NCBI GenBank assembly: GCA_937881255.1 | Contig: CALGFH010000139.1 | Span: 1 to 40,005 of the forward strand | Length of the DNA stretch: 40,005 nt | Source: an uncultured Actinomycetes bacterium | GTDB taxonomy: Bacteria; Actinomycetota; CALGFH01 | Direction of reading: 5' to 3' | Shown: piece by piece, positions 19,241 to 28,675 of the stretch | How the letters are laid out: every line of letters starts with the position of its first letter | Numbering within the stretch: position 1 is the stretch's first letter | Notes under the pieces: model-generated | The model's database searches: none | Told to the model about the DNA's origin: nothing | What the model saw: only the letters and a program-made list of their open reading frames with translations | Translations under genes and position numbers: made by a program

Positions 19241-20826
19241 AGCTGGCCCTGCTCCGCAACGGGCTGCGCCGCAGCAACTGGCCCCAGCAGGTCGCCCTGG
19301 CCCTGGGGGCGCTGGCCGGGCTGCCCCTGGCCTTCGGGGGCTTCCTGCTGCTGGCCCTGGTGCCGCGGGCCGAGCCCGAGGCCGGCCTGCTGCTGGTCGA
19401 GGTCGTGTTCCTGGCCCTGTTCCTCGGCTGGGGGCTGTTCCCGCTGCTCAGCTTCGCCGGCGACGCCAGCCTGGACCCGTCGCGGCTGGCCCTGCTGCCG
19501 CTGCGGCCCCGGCAGCTGGTGGCCGGGCTGTCGCTGGCCGCCTGCGTCGGCGTGGCCCCCCTCTGCACCCTGGTCGCCCTGGGCGGGGCGGTGGTCGGGT
19601 TCGGCACCCTCGGCCCCGGGGTGGTGCTGGTGGTGGCGGCGGTGCTGGTGCAGTTCCTGCTGTGCATCGTCGGGTCGCGGGCCCTGCTGACCGCCCTGTC
19701 CCGCCAGCTCCGCTCGCGCAAGGCCCGCGACCTGGTGATCGTGCTCGTCTCGGTGACCGCGCTCGCCTTCAACCTGGCCCTGCAGGTCGGGGCCCGGCTG
19801 GCCGAGCGGCTGGAGCGGGCCGACCTGGAGGCGCTGCGGCCCGCGGCCCGGGTGCTCGGCTGGCTGCCCACCGGCCTGGCCGCCCGGGCGCTGGTCGACG
19901 CCGGCGAGGGGCGGCTGCTGCCGGCCATGGCCGAGCTGGCCGGGGCCGCCCTGGCCGTGGCCCTGCTCGGCTGGTGGTGGTGGCGCAGCCTCGACCGGGT
20001 CCTGACCACCGCCGAGCCGGCCGCCCGCCAGCGGTCCCGGCAGCCGGCCGGGCTGTTCCCGCGGTCCCTGCGGCGGCTGCTCCCGGGCGACCAGCGGGGC
20101 GCGGTCGCCGCCAAGGAGCTGCGCTACCTGGCCAGGCACCCGCGGCTGCGGGTCGCCTGGATGGTCAGCTGCCTGCTCGGCCTGGCCCTGGTGGTGTTCG
20201 TGGCCCTCACCGAGGGGCTGCAGCGGCCCTGGGTGGTGCTCGGGTCGCTGGCCATGGCCTTCCTGGCCAGCCAGAACAGCCTCAACCAGTTCGGCTTCGA
20301 CGGCGCCGCCTACTGGACCCACGTGGCCGCCGGGGCCGACCCGCGCGGCGACCTGATCGGCCGGAACCTGGCCTCGGCGGTGACCGGCATGGTCACCACC
20401 ACCGCCCTGGCCCTGGTCCTGGCCGCGGTCACCGGCGGCTGGCTGTACGTGCCGGTGGCCCTCTGCCTCGGCCTGGGCGTGCTCGCCCTGTCGCTGGGCG
20501 TGGCCGACGTGGTCTCGGTGCGCTTCGCCTACCCCCTGCCCGACGACGCCAGCAACCTCTGGGCGGTCCAGGGGACCGGCCAGGGCTGCCTGGTCGGGAT
20601 CGTGCAGATGGTCGCCTTCGCCGCCCAGGGCGTGCTCCTGCTGCCGCTGGTCGCCCTGGTGGTGGTCGGCCTGGTCTGGTGGACGCCGGCGCTGGTCCTG
20701 GCCTGCCCGCTGGCCGTCGTGTACGGCTGGTTCCTGTGGCGGGTCGGGCTGGGCGTCGGCACCGAGTGGCTGACCGGCCACCAGCCCGAGCTGCTGGCCG
20801 CGCTCAGCGTCCGCCGGGCCGCCTGA
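19216..20826 (+). CDS. polytopic membrane protein, putative permease partner of the upstream ABC ATPase
   Basis: At least 10 hydrophobic helices, in the same orientation as the ATPase and overlapping its end. No ATG or GTG is available near the 5' end. The TTG at 19216 is my best guess, so the start is uncertain. Confidence 0.55.
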   Translation: MAGHLVSLKLALLRNGLRRSNWPQQVALALGALAGLPLAFGGFLLLALVPRAEPEAGLLLVEVVFLALFLGWGLFPLLSFAGDASLDPSRLALLPLRPRQLVAGLSLAACVGVAPLCTLVALGGAVVGFGTLGPGVVLVVAAVLVQFLLCIVGSRALLTALSRQLRSRKARDLVIVLVSVTALAFNLALQVGARLAERLERADLEALRPAARVLGWLPTGLAARALVDAGEGRLLPAMAELAGAALAVALLGWWWWRSLDRVLTTAEPAARQRSRQPAGLFPRSLRRLLPGDQRGAVAAKELRYLARHPRLRVAWMVSCLLGLALVVFVALTEGLQRPWVVLGSLAMAFLASQNSLNQFGFDGAAYWTHVAAGADPRGDLIGRNLASAVTGMVTTTALALVLAAVTGGWLYVPVALCLGLGVLALSLGVADVVSVRFAYPLPDDASNLWAVQGTGQGCLVGIVQMVAFAAQGVLLLPLVALVVVGLVWWTPALVLACPLAVVYGWFLWRVGLGVGTEWLTGHQPELLAALSVRRAA

Positions 20827-20913
20827 CCCCCGCCCGGCTGCCCCCTACCCGGCCCGACCGGCGCGGTGGATACTGCTCGAACCGTATTATCTCCGGCAGG
20901 AGGGAGATCGGCG

Positions 20914-22605
20914 ATGCCGCCAGCGTCCCCGTCCACCGCCCCGCGCGAGTCCGCGCGACCCGCCACCGGCACCTCCGGCTTCGACGCGACCTGGGACATC
21001 GTGGTCGTCGGCGGCGGCGGCGCCGGCCTGCCCACGGCCCTGTTCGCCCGCTGGCTTGGCAACCGCGTGCTCGTCCTGGAGAAGGCCCCCCAGCTCGGCG
21101 GGACCGCCGCCAAGGCCGCCTTCTGGTACTGGGTGCCCAACAACCAGCCGATGCGCGAGCTCGGGCTGGAGGACCCCAAGGACGACTGCCTGCGCTACAT
21201 GGCCCGCCTGGCCAGGCCGCAGCGCTACCACCCGGACGCGCCCCGCTTCGGCCTGACCGAGTGGGAGTACGCGATGTGCGAGGCCATCTACGACGGCGCC
21301 TCGCCCGCCACCGAGCTGCTGGCCGAGCGCGGCGCCCTCCCCTACCGGCACTGCGCGGCCGTGCCCGACTACTGGGCCGAGCTGCCCGAGGACAAGGCCC
21401 CGACCGGCCGGGTGCTGCTGCCCGAGGCGGCCAGCGAGACCATGTCGGACGGGGGCGCGGTGGCGGTCAGGACCCTGAGCGCGGCCGCCGAGCGCGACGG
21501 GGTCGAGGTCAGGACCGGGCACCGGGTGCAGCGGGTCGTCCGCGACCAGGGCGGCCGGGTGGTCGGGGTCGAGGCCACCACCGCCGACGGGGCCACCGTC
21601 AGGGTGGGCGCGGCCAAGGCGGTGGTGTTCGCCACCGGCGGCTTCACCCACGACCCGGAGCTGCGCCAGAACTTCCTCAGCGTGCCCGTGTACGGCGGCT
21701 GCGCGGCCGCCTCCAACGAGGGCGATTTCGTCTACATCGCCGGCGCCCTGGGCGCCCAGCTCCGCAACATGAACTACGCCTGGATGTGCCCGGTCTCGCT
21801 GGAGAAGGCGGTGGCCCGCGACCCGGCCATGTCGGGGATGTTCTCGGTGGCCGGCGACTCGATGCTCTGGGTCGACAAGCGGGGCCGGCGGGTGGTCAAC
21901 GAGAAGCTGGCCTACAACGAGCTCGCCCAGACCTTCTTCCGCTGGGACCCGGCCGCCGCCGAGTACCCCAACCTGGTGCTGATGGCCGTCTGGGACCAGC
22001 GCAGCCAGGACCACTCGGCCAGCGACGAGTACGGCCGGCTGATCGTCCCCCCCGGCACCGACGACGCCCACGTGATCCGGGGGGACGACCTGGCCCAGCT
22101 GGCCGCGGCCATCGACGAGCGCCTGGGCCGCTACGCCGACGTCACCGGCGGGCTGCGCCTGGCCGGCGACTTCGCGGCCAACCTGGAGGCGTCCATCGCC
22201 CGCTTCAACGAGCTGGCCGCCACCGGCAAGGACCTCGACTTCGGCCGGGGCGACCGGGCCGTGGAGCAGCTGTTCAACGGCGCGGTCAAGGAGGAGCCGG
22301 ACCGGGCCAACCCGACCATGTGGCCGCTGTCCGAGACCGGCCCCTACTACGCCGCCCTGGTCACCGGCGGGACCCTCGACACCAAGGGCGGGCCCAAGGC
22401 GACCCCCGACGGCCAGGTCCTCGACGACCAGGACCGCCCCATCCCCGGCCTGTACGGGGTCGGCAACTGCGTCGCCTCGGCCTCGGCCCAGGCCTACTGG
22501 GCCGGCGGGGCCACCCTTGGCCCGATCCTGGCCCTGGCCCACCGCGCCGCCCGGGCCGCCCACGCCGAGCGGGTCGCCGAGCCGGAGCCGGTGCCCGTCA
22601 CCTGA
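20914..22605 (+). CDS. FAD-dependent oxidoreductase (fumarate-reductase / 3-ketosteroid-dehydrogenase-like flavoprotein)
   Basis: WDIVVVGGGGAGLPTALFA...VLEKAPQLGGTAA, ...VVFATGGF... and C-terminal GLYGVGNC. The ATG at 20914 is preceded by GGAGGGAG. The track ORF starts at a GTG at 20866. Confidence 0.8.
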   Translation: MPPASPSTAPRESARPATGTSGFDATWDIVVVGGGGAGLPTALFARWLGNRVLVLEKAPQLGGTAAKAAFWYWVPNNQPMRELGLEDPKDDCLRYMARLARPQRYHPDAPRFGLTEWEYAMCEAIYDGASPATELLAERGALPYRHCAAVPDYWAELPEDKAPTGRVLLPEAASETMSDGGAVAVRTLSAAAERDGVEVRTGHRVQRVVRDQGGRVVGVEATTADGATVRVGAAKAVVFATGGFTHDPELRQNFLSVPVYGGCAAASNEGDFVYIAGALGAQLRNMNYAWMCPVSLEKAVARDPAMSGMFSVAGDSMLWVDKRGRRVVNEKLAYNELAQTFFRWDPAAAEYPNLVLMAVWDQRSQDHSASDEYGRLIVPPGTDDAHVIRGDDLAQLAAAIDERLGRYADVTGGLRLAGDFAANLEASIARFNELAATGKDLDFGRGDRAVEQLFNGAVKEEPDRANPTMWPLSETGPYYAALVTGGTLDTKGGPKATPDGQVLDDQDRPIPGLYGVGNCVASASAQAYWAGGATLGPILALAHRAARAAHAERVAEPEPVPVT

Positions 22606-22628
22606 CCGCTTCCAGAAAGGAGCCAGCC

Positions 22629-23093
22629 ATGGCCGCCACCCGCGAGCAGATGACCGACGAGGACCGCAAGGCGCTGGTCGTCGAGTACCTGAAGGCGTTC
22701 GACCGGGCCGGGGTGACCTCGGACGGGGGCAGCATCCTCGACCTGTTCGCCGACGACGCCCGGGTCTACTTCCCCAAGTGGGGCGTTGCCACCGGCCGGG
22801 ACCAGATCGGCCAGATGTTCGGCGACGTCGGCGGCACCCTCAAGGCCATCGAGCACCACTACGACGAGTTCAACTGGGTCTTCACGGGCGGCGACGTGCT
22901 CGCCGTCGAGGGGACCAGCCACGGCGAGCACCGCGACGGGCCCTGGAAGGCCGGGGAGCCCGAGCACGGGGCCGGCCGCTGGTGCGACGTGTTCGAGATC
23001 CGCGACGGGAAGATCCAGCGCTGCTTCATCTACCTCGACCCCGACTACGCCGGCAGGGACACCGAGCGCTACCCCTGGCTCGCCGGCCAGTGA
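22629..23093 (+). CDS. SnoaL/NTF2-like fold protein
   Basis: 154 aa. SD AAAGGAG lies 8 nt upstream. The pattern ...YFPKWG...G.D.I...F...WVFTGGDVLAVEG...RWCDVFEIRDGKIQRCFIYLDPDY is typical of NTF2-like proteins. Confidence 0.65.
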   Translation: MAATREQMTDEDRKALVVEYLKAFDRAGVTSDGGSILDLFADDARVYFPKWGVATGRDQIGQMFGDVGGTLKAIEHHYDEFNWVFTGGDVLAVEGTSHGEHRDGPWKAGEPEHGAGRWCDVFEIRDGKIQRCFIYLDPDYAGRDTERYPWLAGQ

Positions 23094-24001
23094 TGAGCGA
23101 CCCCCTCCCGCCGGCGCGGGTGGCCGTGCTGGGGCCGGGCGGGGTCGGCGGGCTGCTGGCCGCGCTGCTGGCCAGGCGGGGCGACCAGGTCACCTGCCTG
23201 GCCCCACCGGCCACGGCCGCCCACCTGGCCGGCCACGGCCTGGAGCTGCGCAGCCCGGCCTTGGGCGACGCCCGGGTGGCGGTCGAGGCGGCCAGCCGGC
23301 TCGAGCACCCGGTGGACGCCGTGCTCGTCACCGTCAAGGCGGCCCAGCTGGAGGCGGCGGTCGAGGCCGTGCCGGCCGGGGTGCTGGGCGACGGCCTGGT
23401 GGTGCCGTTCCTCAACGGCATCGACCACGTCGCCTGGCTGCGTGGGCGCTACCCGCCCGACCAGGTGGTGGCCGGGACCATCCGGGTCGAGTCGACCCGG
23501 GTCGGCCCGGGCGTGATCGAGCACGCCTCCCCGTTCGCGGTGGTCGAGCTGGCCGTGGGCAAGGGCCCCCGGGAGCGGGTCCAGGAGCTGGCGGCGCGGC
23601 TGGCCGAGACCGGCCTGGACGTGACCGTGCGCGACGACGAGGCCGCAACCCTGTGGTCCAAGCTGGCCGTGCTGGCCCCGATCGCCCTGGTCACCACCTG
23701 GGCCGAGGCCCCCTTCGGGGAGGCCAGGGCCGGGCACTGGGAGGAGGCGGTGGCGGTGGCCCATGAGATCGTGGCCGCGGCCACGGCCGACGGGGTCGAG
23801 CTGGACGAGCAGGCGATCGTCGGCATGCTGGAGAAGGTTCCCGACGGCATGCGCTCCTCGATGCAGAAGGACGCCGCCGCCGGTCGCCCGATCGAGCTCG
23901 ACGCCATCGGCGGCACCATCCTCCGCGCCGCCGACCGCGCCGGCACCAAGGCCCCGGTCACCGCCCGCCTGGTCGCCGCCCTCCGCGAGCGGTCCGGCTA
24001 G
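23093..24001 (+). CDS. 2-dehydropantoate 2-reductase family (PanE/ApbA-like) oxidoreductase
   Basis: N-terminal Rossmann fold VAVLGPGGVGGLLAALLARRG. FLNGIDH, WSKLAV and SSMQKDAAAGRPIELDAIGG motifs. Its start overlaps the upstream stop (TGATG). Confidence 0.75.
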   Translation: MSDPLPPARVAVLGPGGVGGLLAALLARRGDQVTCLAPPATAAHLAGHGLELRSPALGDARVAVEAASRLEHPVDAVLVTVKAAQLEAAVEAVPAGVLGDGLVVPFLNGIDHVAWLRGRYPPDQVVAGTIRVESTRVGPGVIEHASPFAVVELAVGKGPRERVQELAARLAETGLDVTVRDDEAATLWSKLAVLAPIALVTTWAEAPFGEARAGHWEEAVAVAHEIVAAATADGVELDEQAIVGMLEKVPDGMRSSMQKDAAAGRPIELDAIGGTILRAADRAGTKAPVTARLVAALRERSG

Positions 24002-24012
24002 GGCCGGGCCGG

Positions 24013-24840
24013 TCAGCCCCCCTCGGCCAGGACGAAGGCGAGGAAGAAGCCGGCGCAGGTGGCGAAGGCGTTGAACGGGCGGCCGCGCTCGAACGCCTCC
24101 GGCATCAGGGTGTCGGCCAGGGCGGCCAGGACGGCCCCGCCGGCGAAGGCGAGGGGGAAGGCCAGGGTGCTCGGGTCGGCGCCGGCCAGGGCGACCCGGC
24201 CGATGACCACCGCCGGGATCAGCAGCAGGGCCGTGGCCAGCCACAGGCCGGCGGTGGAGCGGACCGAGCGGCCCACCGAGCGCATGGCCACCGCCCCGAC
24301 CAGGGCCTCGGGGAAGTTGGCGGCGAAGATGCCGGCCAGCAGGGCCAGGCTGCCCCCGGCCGACTCCTGGTCGGCCAGCGAGACCCCGAGGGCCAGGTTC
24401 TCGGGCACGCCGTCGAGGATGGAGGCGGCCAGCAGGGCCAGCCCGACCCCCGAGGCGGCCGCCACCTGGACCTTCTCGCGCTGCTGGAGGGCGGCCCCGG
24501 CCAGCTCGCCCGGCGCCTCCTCCTCGACGTCGGGGACGTCGTCCTTGGCCTCGGCCAGCTCGCTGGCCTCCTCGGGCGGGGCCACCCGGCTGTCCAGCCA
24601 GGTGTTGACGACCACGAACACGGCCGCCCCGGCCAGCAGCCCTCCACCGGCCGGGGCGACGCCGCCCAGCTCGACCGCCTCCGGGAACAGCTCGAAGGCC
24701 AGGGCCGACACCATGGCGCCGCTGGCGAAGGCCAGCATGACGCCGGTCACCCGCTTGGGCGCGTCCCAGTAGGAGCCGAGCACCCCGCCCGCCACCAGCG
24801 AGCTGGTGGCCAGCACCCCGAACAGGACCGCTTCCCACAT
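24013..24840 (-). CDS. ZIP-family divalent metal transporter
   Basis: Eight hydrophobic helices, an acidic central loop (EEASELAEAKDDVPDVEEE) and ILDGVPENLALG / ANFPEALVG motifs of the ZupT/ZIP type. Confidence 0.8.
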   Translation of the reverse strand: MWEAVLFGVLATSSLVAGGVLGSYWDAPKRVTGVMLAFASGAMVSALAFELFPEAVELGGVAPAGGGLLAGAAVFVVVNTWLDSRVAPPEEASELAEAKDDVPDVEEEAPGELAGAALQQREKVQVAAASGVGLALLAASILDGVPENLALGVSLADQESAGGSLALLAGIFAANFPEALVGAVAMRSVGRSVRSTAGLWLATALLLIPAVVIGRVALAGADPSTLAFPLAFAGGAVLAALADTLMPEAFERGRPFNAFATCAGFFLAFVLAEGG

Positions 24841-24891
24841 GGCAAGGGGTCACTACCTCCCGGAGGCGCTCCTAACCGGGGCCGGGCCGGC

Positions 24892-26442
24892 TCACTCCCA
24901 CTCGATCGTGCCCGGGGGCTTGGAGGTGACGTCGTAGGCGACCCGGTTGACGCCCGGGACCTCGCCGACGACCCGGGTCGAGATGCGCTCCAGCACCTCC
25001 CAGGGGAGGCGGGCGAAGTCGGCCGTCATGGCGTCCTGGCTGGTCACCGCCCGGAGCACGATCGGGTAGGCGTAGGTGCGGCCGTCGCCCATGACCCCGA
25101 CGGTCCGGACGGCCGGCAGCACCGCGAACCACTGCCACAGCTCGCGGTCCAGCCCGGCCCGGCGGATCTCCTCGAGCACGATCCGGTCGGCCGCCCGCAG
25201 GGTCTCCAGCCGCTCGGCGGTGACCTCGCCGACGATCCGCACGGCCAGGCCGGGGCCGGGGAAGGGCTGGCGCTGGACCACGTCCTCGGGCAGGCCGAGC
25301 TCGGTGCCGACCCGGCGGACCTCGTCCTTGAACAGCAGGCGCAGCGGCTCGACCAGCTCCAGGGCCATCACCTCGGGCAGCCCGCCCACGTTGTGGTGGC
25401 TCTTGATGGTGGCCGTCCGCTGGCCGCCCGACTCGACCACGTCCGGGTACAGGGTGCCCTGGACCAGGTAGCGGGCGTCGCCGTGCTCCTTGGCGACCTC
25501 CTCGAAGATGCGGATGAACTCGTTGCCGATCGCCTTGCGCTTGGTCTCGGGGTCGGTCACCCCGGCCAGGCGCTCCAGGAACCGGTCGGCCGCCTTGACG
25601 TGGACCAGGTTGACCTTGAAGTCGCGGCGGAAGGTCTCGGAGACCTGCTCGGCCTCGCCGTGGCGGAGCAGCCCGGTGTCGACGAAGACACAGGTCAGCT
25701 TGTCCCCGACGGCCCGGTGGACGAGCAGGGCGGCCACCGAGGAGTCGACCCCGCCCGACAGGGCGCAGAGCACGTGGTCGTCGCCGACCCGGGCCCGGAC
25801 GGCCGCCTCCTGCTCCTCGATGATGGAGACGCTGGTCCAGTTGGGCCGGCAGCCGGCCGCCTCGTAGAGGAAGTTCTTGAACAGGTCCATGCCCCGCTCG
25901 GTGTGGGCGACCTCGGGGTGGAACTGGACCCCGTACAGGCCCCGCTCCGGGTCCTCGAACCCGGCCACCGGGGAGGCGTCGGTGCTGGCCACGATCCTGG
26001 AGCCGGGCGGGGCGGCCGTGACCGTGTCGCCGTGGCTCATCCAGACCACCTGGTCGGTGGGCAGGTCGCCGAACAGCACGCTGCCGTCGGGCTGGGCCCG
26101 CAGGCCGGTCCGCCCGTACTCCCTGACCCCGGTCCGCTCGACCCGGCCGCCAAGGGCCCTGGCCATGGCCTGCTGGCCGTAGCAGAGCCCCAGCACCGGG
26201 ATGCCCAGCTCCAGCAGCCGCGGGTCCAGGGCCGGCGCCCCCGGCTCGTAGACCGACTTGGGGCCGCCGGAGAGGACCAGGGCCTTGGCGTCGTGGGCCC
26301 GCACCGTGTCCGGGTCGATGTCGCAGGCCACGACCTCGGAGAAGACGTGGCACTCGCGGATGCGGCGGGCGATGAGCTGGGCGTACTGGGCGCCGAAGTC
26401 GAGCACGAGGACGGTGTCGTGGCCGGGGGCCGGAGTCGTCAT
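24892..26442 (-). CDS. guaA: glutamine-hydrolysing GMP synthase
   Basis: [50 protein letters not shown] and the terminal PPGTIEWE. Confidence 0.95.
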   Translation of the reverse strand: MTTPAPGHDTVLVLDFGAQYAQLIARRIRECHVFSEVVACDIDPDTVRAHDAKALVLSGGPKSVYEPGAPALDPRLLELGIPVLGLCYGQQAMARALGGRVERTGVREYGRTGLRAQPDGSVLFGDLPTDQVVWMSHGDTVTAAPPGSRIVASTDASPVAGFEDPERGLYGVQFHPEVAHTERGMDLFKNFLYEAAGCRPNWTSVSIIEEQEAAVRARVGDDHVLCALSGGVDSSVAALLVHRAVGDKLTCVFVDTGLLRHGEAEQVSETFRRDFKVNLVHVKAADRFLERLAGVTDPETKRKAIGNEFIRIFEEVAKEHGDARYLVQGTLYPDVVESGGQRTATIKSHHNVGGLPEVMALELVEPLRLLFKDEVRRVGTELGLPEDVVQRQPFPGPGLAVRIVGEVTAERLETLRAADRIVLEEIRRAGLDRELWQWFAVLPAVRTVGVMGDGRTYAYPIVLRAVTSQDAMTADFARLPWEVLERISTRVVGEVPGVNRVAYDVTSKPPGTIEWE

Positions 26443-26544
26443 GGGCGCAGGATAACGAACTCCGGGAACCGATTGCTCGCTCGGCTTGCGCAGGAGTACC
26501 TTGGCGCTGAAAGGGGCAGCGCCGCCCCTTGGTGCCCAGACCTC

Positions 26545-26582
26545 GCACCGCACACCGACCGCCTGGTGTGTGGTGCTTTTTT
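26545..26582 (+). terminator. intrinsic-terminator-like hairpin plus U-tract inside the leader of the small ORF
   Basis: GCACCGCACACC-GACCGCCT-GGTGTGTGGTGC forms a 12-bp stem with one G-U pair. It is followed directly by TTTTTTGTTCTCT. Confidence 0.55.
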
Positions 26583-26605
26583 GTTCTCTGGCGAAGGAGA
26601 GCACG

Positions 26606-26827
26606 GTGACAGAGCCGGAGGAGACCATCGCGGCCGCGCCGGCGCGGCGCCGGGCGCCGGGCGCCGACCCGGTGGTGCGCTCGTTCGGGTCGGCCAGGAC
26701 CTGTGCCGCCGACGAGTGCGAGACCCACCTGTCGCGCTACAACCCCGACAGCTTCTGCTCGGTCCACCGGGGCTGGGACCGCCAGGTGGTCACCCGCCGC
26801 CGCCGGGCCGAGGAGGACGAGGGGTAG
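26606..26827 (+). CDS. small (73 aa) Cys/His-motif protein, function unknown
   Basis: GTG start with SD AAGGAGAG 5 nt upstream. Motif C-x4-C-x12-C-x2-H ([22 protein letters not shown]), then a basic tail [10 protein letters not shown]. Confidence 0.5.
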   Translation: MTEPEETIAAAPARRRAPGADPVVRSFGSARTCAADECETHLSRYNPDSFCSVHRGWDRQVVTRRRRAEEDEG

Positions 26828-26831
26828 CCCG

Positions 26832-27992
26832 CTAGCCCATCCCCACGCCCTGGGAGCGCTGCAGCAGCTTGCCCTCGGTCTGGAGCGCCGGGGCGACCAT
26901 CACCTCGGCCTTCTGGAACTCCTTGACCGTCTGGTAGCCGGTGGTGGCCATCGAGGTCCGCAGGCCCCCGAACAGGTTCATGCTGCCGTCGTTGACCGGC
27001 GCCGGCCCGAGCAGGATCTCCTTGAGGGTGCCGAGCGGGGTGGTCTTGACCCGGGTGCCGCGGGGCAGGTCGGGGTGGAAGGTGGCCATCCCCCAGTGGT
27101 GGCCGCGCCCGGGGGCCTCGACCGCCCTGGCCAGCGGCGAGCCGATCATCACGGCGTCGGCCCCGCAGGCGATCGCCTTGGCCACGTCGCCGCCGGTGCG
27201 CATGCCGCCGTCGGCGATCACCTGCACGTAGCGGCCCGTCTCCTCCAGGTGGCGGATGCGGGCCCCGGCCGCGTCGGCCAGGGCGGTGGCCATGGGCACG
27301 CCGATGCCGAGCACCCCGCGGGTGGTGCAGGCGGCCCCCGGCCCGACCCCGACCAGGACCCCGGCGGCCCCGGTGCGCATCAGGTGCAGGGCGGTGGCGT
27401 AGGAGGCGCAGCCGCCGACGATCACCGGCAGGTCGTAGTGGGCGATGAAGGTCTTGAGGTTGAGCGGCTCGCTGCTCGAGGAGACGTGCTCGGCCGAGAC
27501 CACCGTGCCCTGGATGACGAGGATGTCGAGGCCGGCCTCGAGCGCGTACTGGTGGTAGCGGGCGACCCGCTGCGGGGTCAGGGAGGCGGCCGCCACCACC
27601 CCGGCCTCCTTGATCTCCTTGACCCGCTGGCCGATCAGCTCCGGCTTGATCGGCTCGGCGTAGATCTCCTGCATCCGCTTGGTCGCCTCGGCGTCGGGGA
27701 GGCTGGCGATCTCGGCGTAGACCGGGTCGGGGTCGTCGTAGCGGGTCCAGAGGCCTTCCAGGTTGAGCACGCCGAGCCCGCCCAGGCGGCCCAGCTCGGC
27801 CGCGATCCGGGGCGACACCACCCCGTCCATGGCCGAGGCCAGCAGCGGCAGCTCGAAGTGGTAGGCGTCGAGGTCCCAGGAGATGTCGATGTCGTCGGGG
27901 TCGCGCGTCCGCCGGCTGGGCACGATCGCGATGTCGTCGAACCCGTAGGCCCGGCGGCCGCTCTTGCCGATGCCGATCTCGACCTCAGCCAC
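26832..27992 (-). CDS. guaB3: GuaB3-type IMP-dehydrogenase-related protein (no CBS insertion)
   Basis: Collinear with mycobacterial GuaB3 as I remember it: IVPSRRTR, LDAYHFELP, LNLKTFI, LHLMRTGAAGV, AIACGADAVM, KEFQK. GTG start with GGGAGGAA upstream. Confidence 0.85.
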   Translation of the reverse strand: MAEVEIGIGKSGRRAYGFDDIAIVPSRRTRDPDDIDISWDLDAYHFELPLLASAMDGVVSPRIAAELGRLGGLGVLNLEGLWTRYDDPDPVYAEIASLPDAEATKRMQEIYAEPIKPELIGQRVKEIKEAGVVAAASLTPQRVARYHQYALEAGLDILVIQGTVVSAEHVSSSSEPLNLKTFIAHYDLPVIVGGCASYATALHLMRTGAAGVLVGVGPGAACTTRGVLGIGVPMATALADAAGARIRHLEETGRYVQVIADGGMRTGGDVAKAIACGADAVMIGSPLARAVEAPGRGHHWGMATFHPDLPRGTRVKTTPLGTLKEILLGPAPVNDGSMNLFGGLRTSMATTGYQTVKEFQKAEVMVAPALQTEGKLLQRSQGVGMG

Positions 27993-28180
27993 CTTGCGTT
28001 CCTCCCAGCAGGAGATTTGGGGGGTAGATAGACGAACGGACCCGTCCGCTGACGCGGAGGGCCCGGGGAAGGTGCATGCCCGACGCTAGCAGCGGGGTTC
28101 TGTGGAGGTCAAGGACAGCCCGATCTCCCATCCGCGCTACCATGCCAGGGAGACTTCTCGCATCAACCTGATCTTCCGAG

Positions 28181-28675
28181 GTGCCCGTGCCCGACCCCCT
28201 CGACCCGTTCGAGCCGCAAGACGACTCGCCCCCCGAGCCCATCGACGAAGAGGAGCGTGCCGCGCTTCTGGACGACCTGGCCGACCTGGCCGAGTTCCGG
28301 GCGGCGCTGGAGCAGCGCGGCTTCCTCGGCGTGGTCATCTCCTGCCCCGACTGCGAGGAGGACCACTTCTTCGGCTGGAGCCTGCTGCGGGAGAACCTGG
28401 AGCACATCCTCCAGCACGGCGAGCCCCGGGTGCACGAGCCGGCCTTCGAGCCGGCGGTCGACCACTACGTGACCTGGGACTACGCCAAGGGCTTCGTCGA
28501 CGGCGTGCTCGAGGGCGAGCACGAGCACGGCCCCCTGCGCGACGGCTGGACCTCCCCGGCCGAGGCCGCCCGGCGCCTGCGCCGGGCCCTGGCCACCCGC
28601 GGCCTGTCCGAGGACGAGGTCGCGGCCGTGCTCAGCGAGGGCGGCCTTCCGGCCGCCGACCCCGGCGACCGCTAG
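28181..28675 (+). CDS. Rv3412-like conserved actinobacterial protein (I recall this family as DUF5319)
   Basis: CPDCEEDHFFGWSLLRENL...HEPAFEPAVDHYVTWDY matches the remembered Rv3412 core (CDECQQDHYHDWDMLRSNL...HEPAYDPEPDSYVTWDY). GTG start. Confidence 0.7.
   Translation: MPVPDPLDPFEPQDDSPPEPIDEEERAALLDDLADLAEFRAALEQRGFLGVVISCPDCEEDHFFGWSLLRENLEHILQHGEPRVHEPAFEPAVDHYVTWDYAKGFVDGVLEGEHEHGPLRDGWTSPAEAARRLRRALATRGLSEDEVAAVLSEGGLPAADPGDR

Noticed and set aside
19200-23093. The 1297-aa ORF spanning the permease, flavoprotein and NTF2-like genes.
   Set aside because: Only its last 154 codons (22629-23093) look like real protein. The remainder is out of frame to two well-supported genes.
26500-26582. 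Resemblance of TGGCGC...CCGACCGCCTGG to the ZTP (pfl) riboswitch next to a purine gene.
   Set aside because: I cannot reconstruct the pfl pseudoknot or its conserved positions with confidence from memory. The downstream gene is not a purine or folate gene. It is left as an unclassified structured leader pending a covariance-model search.
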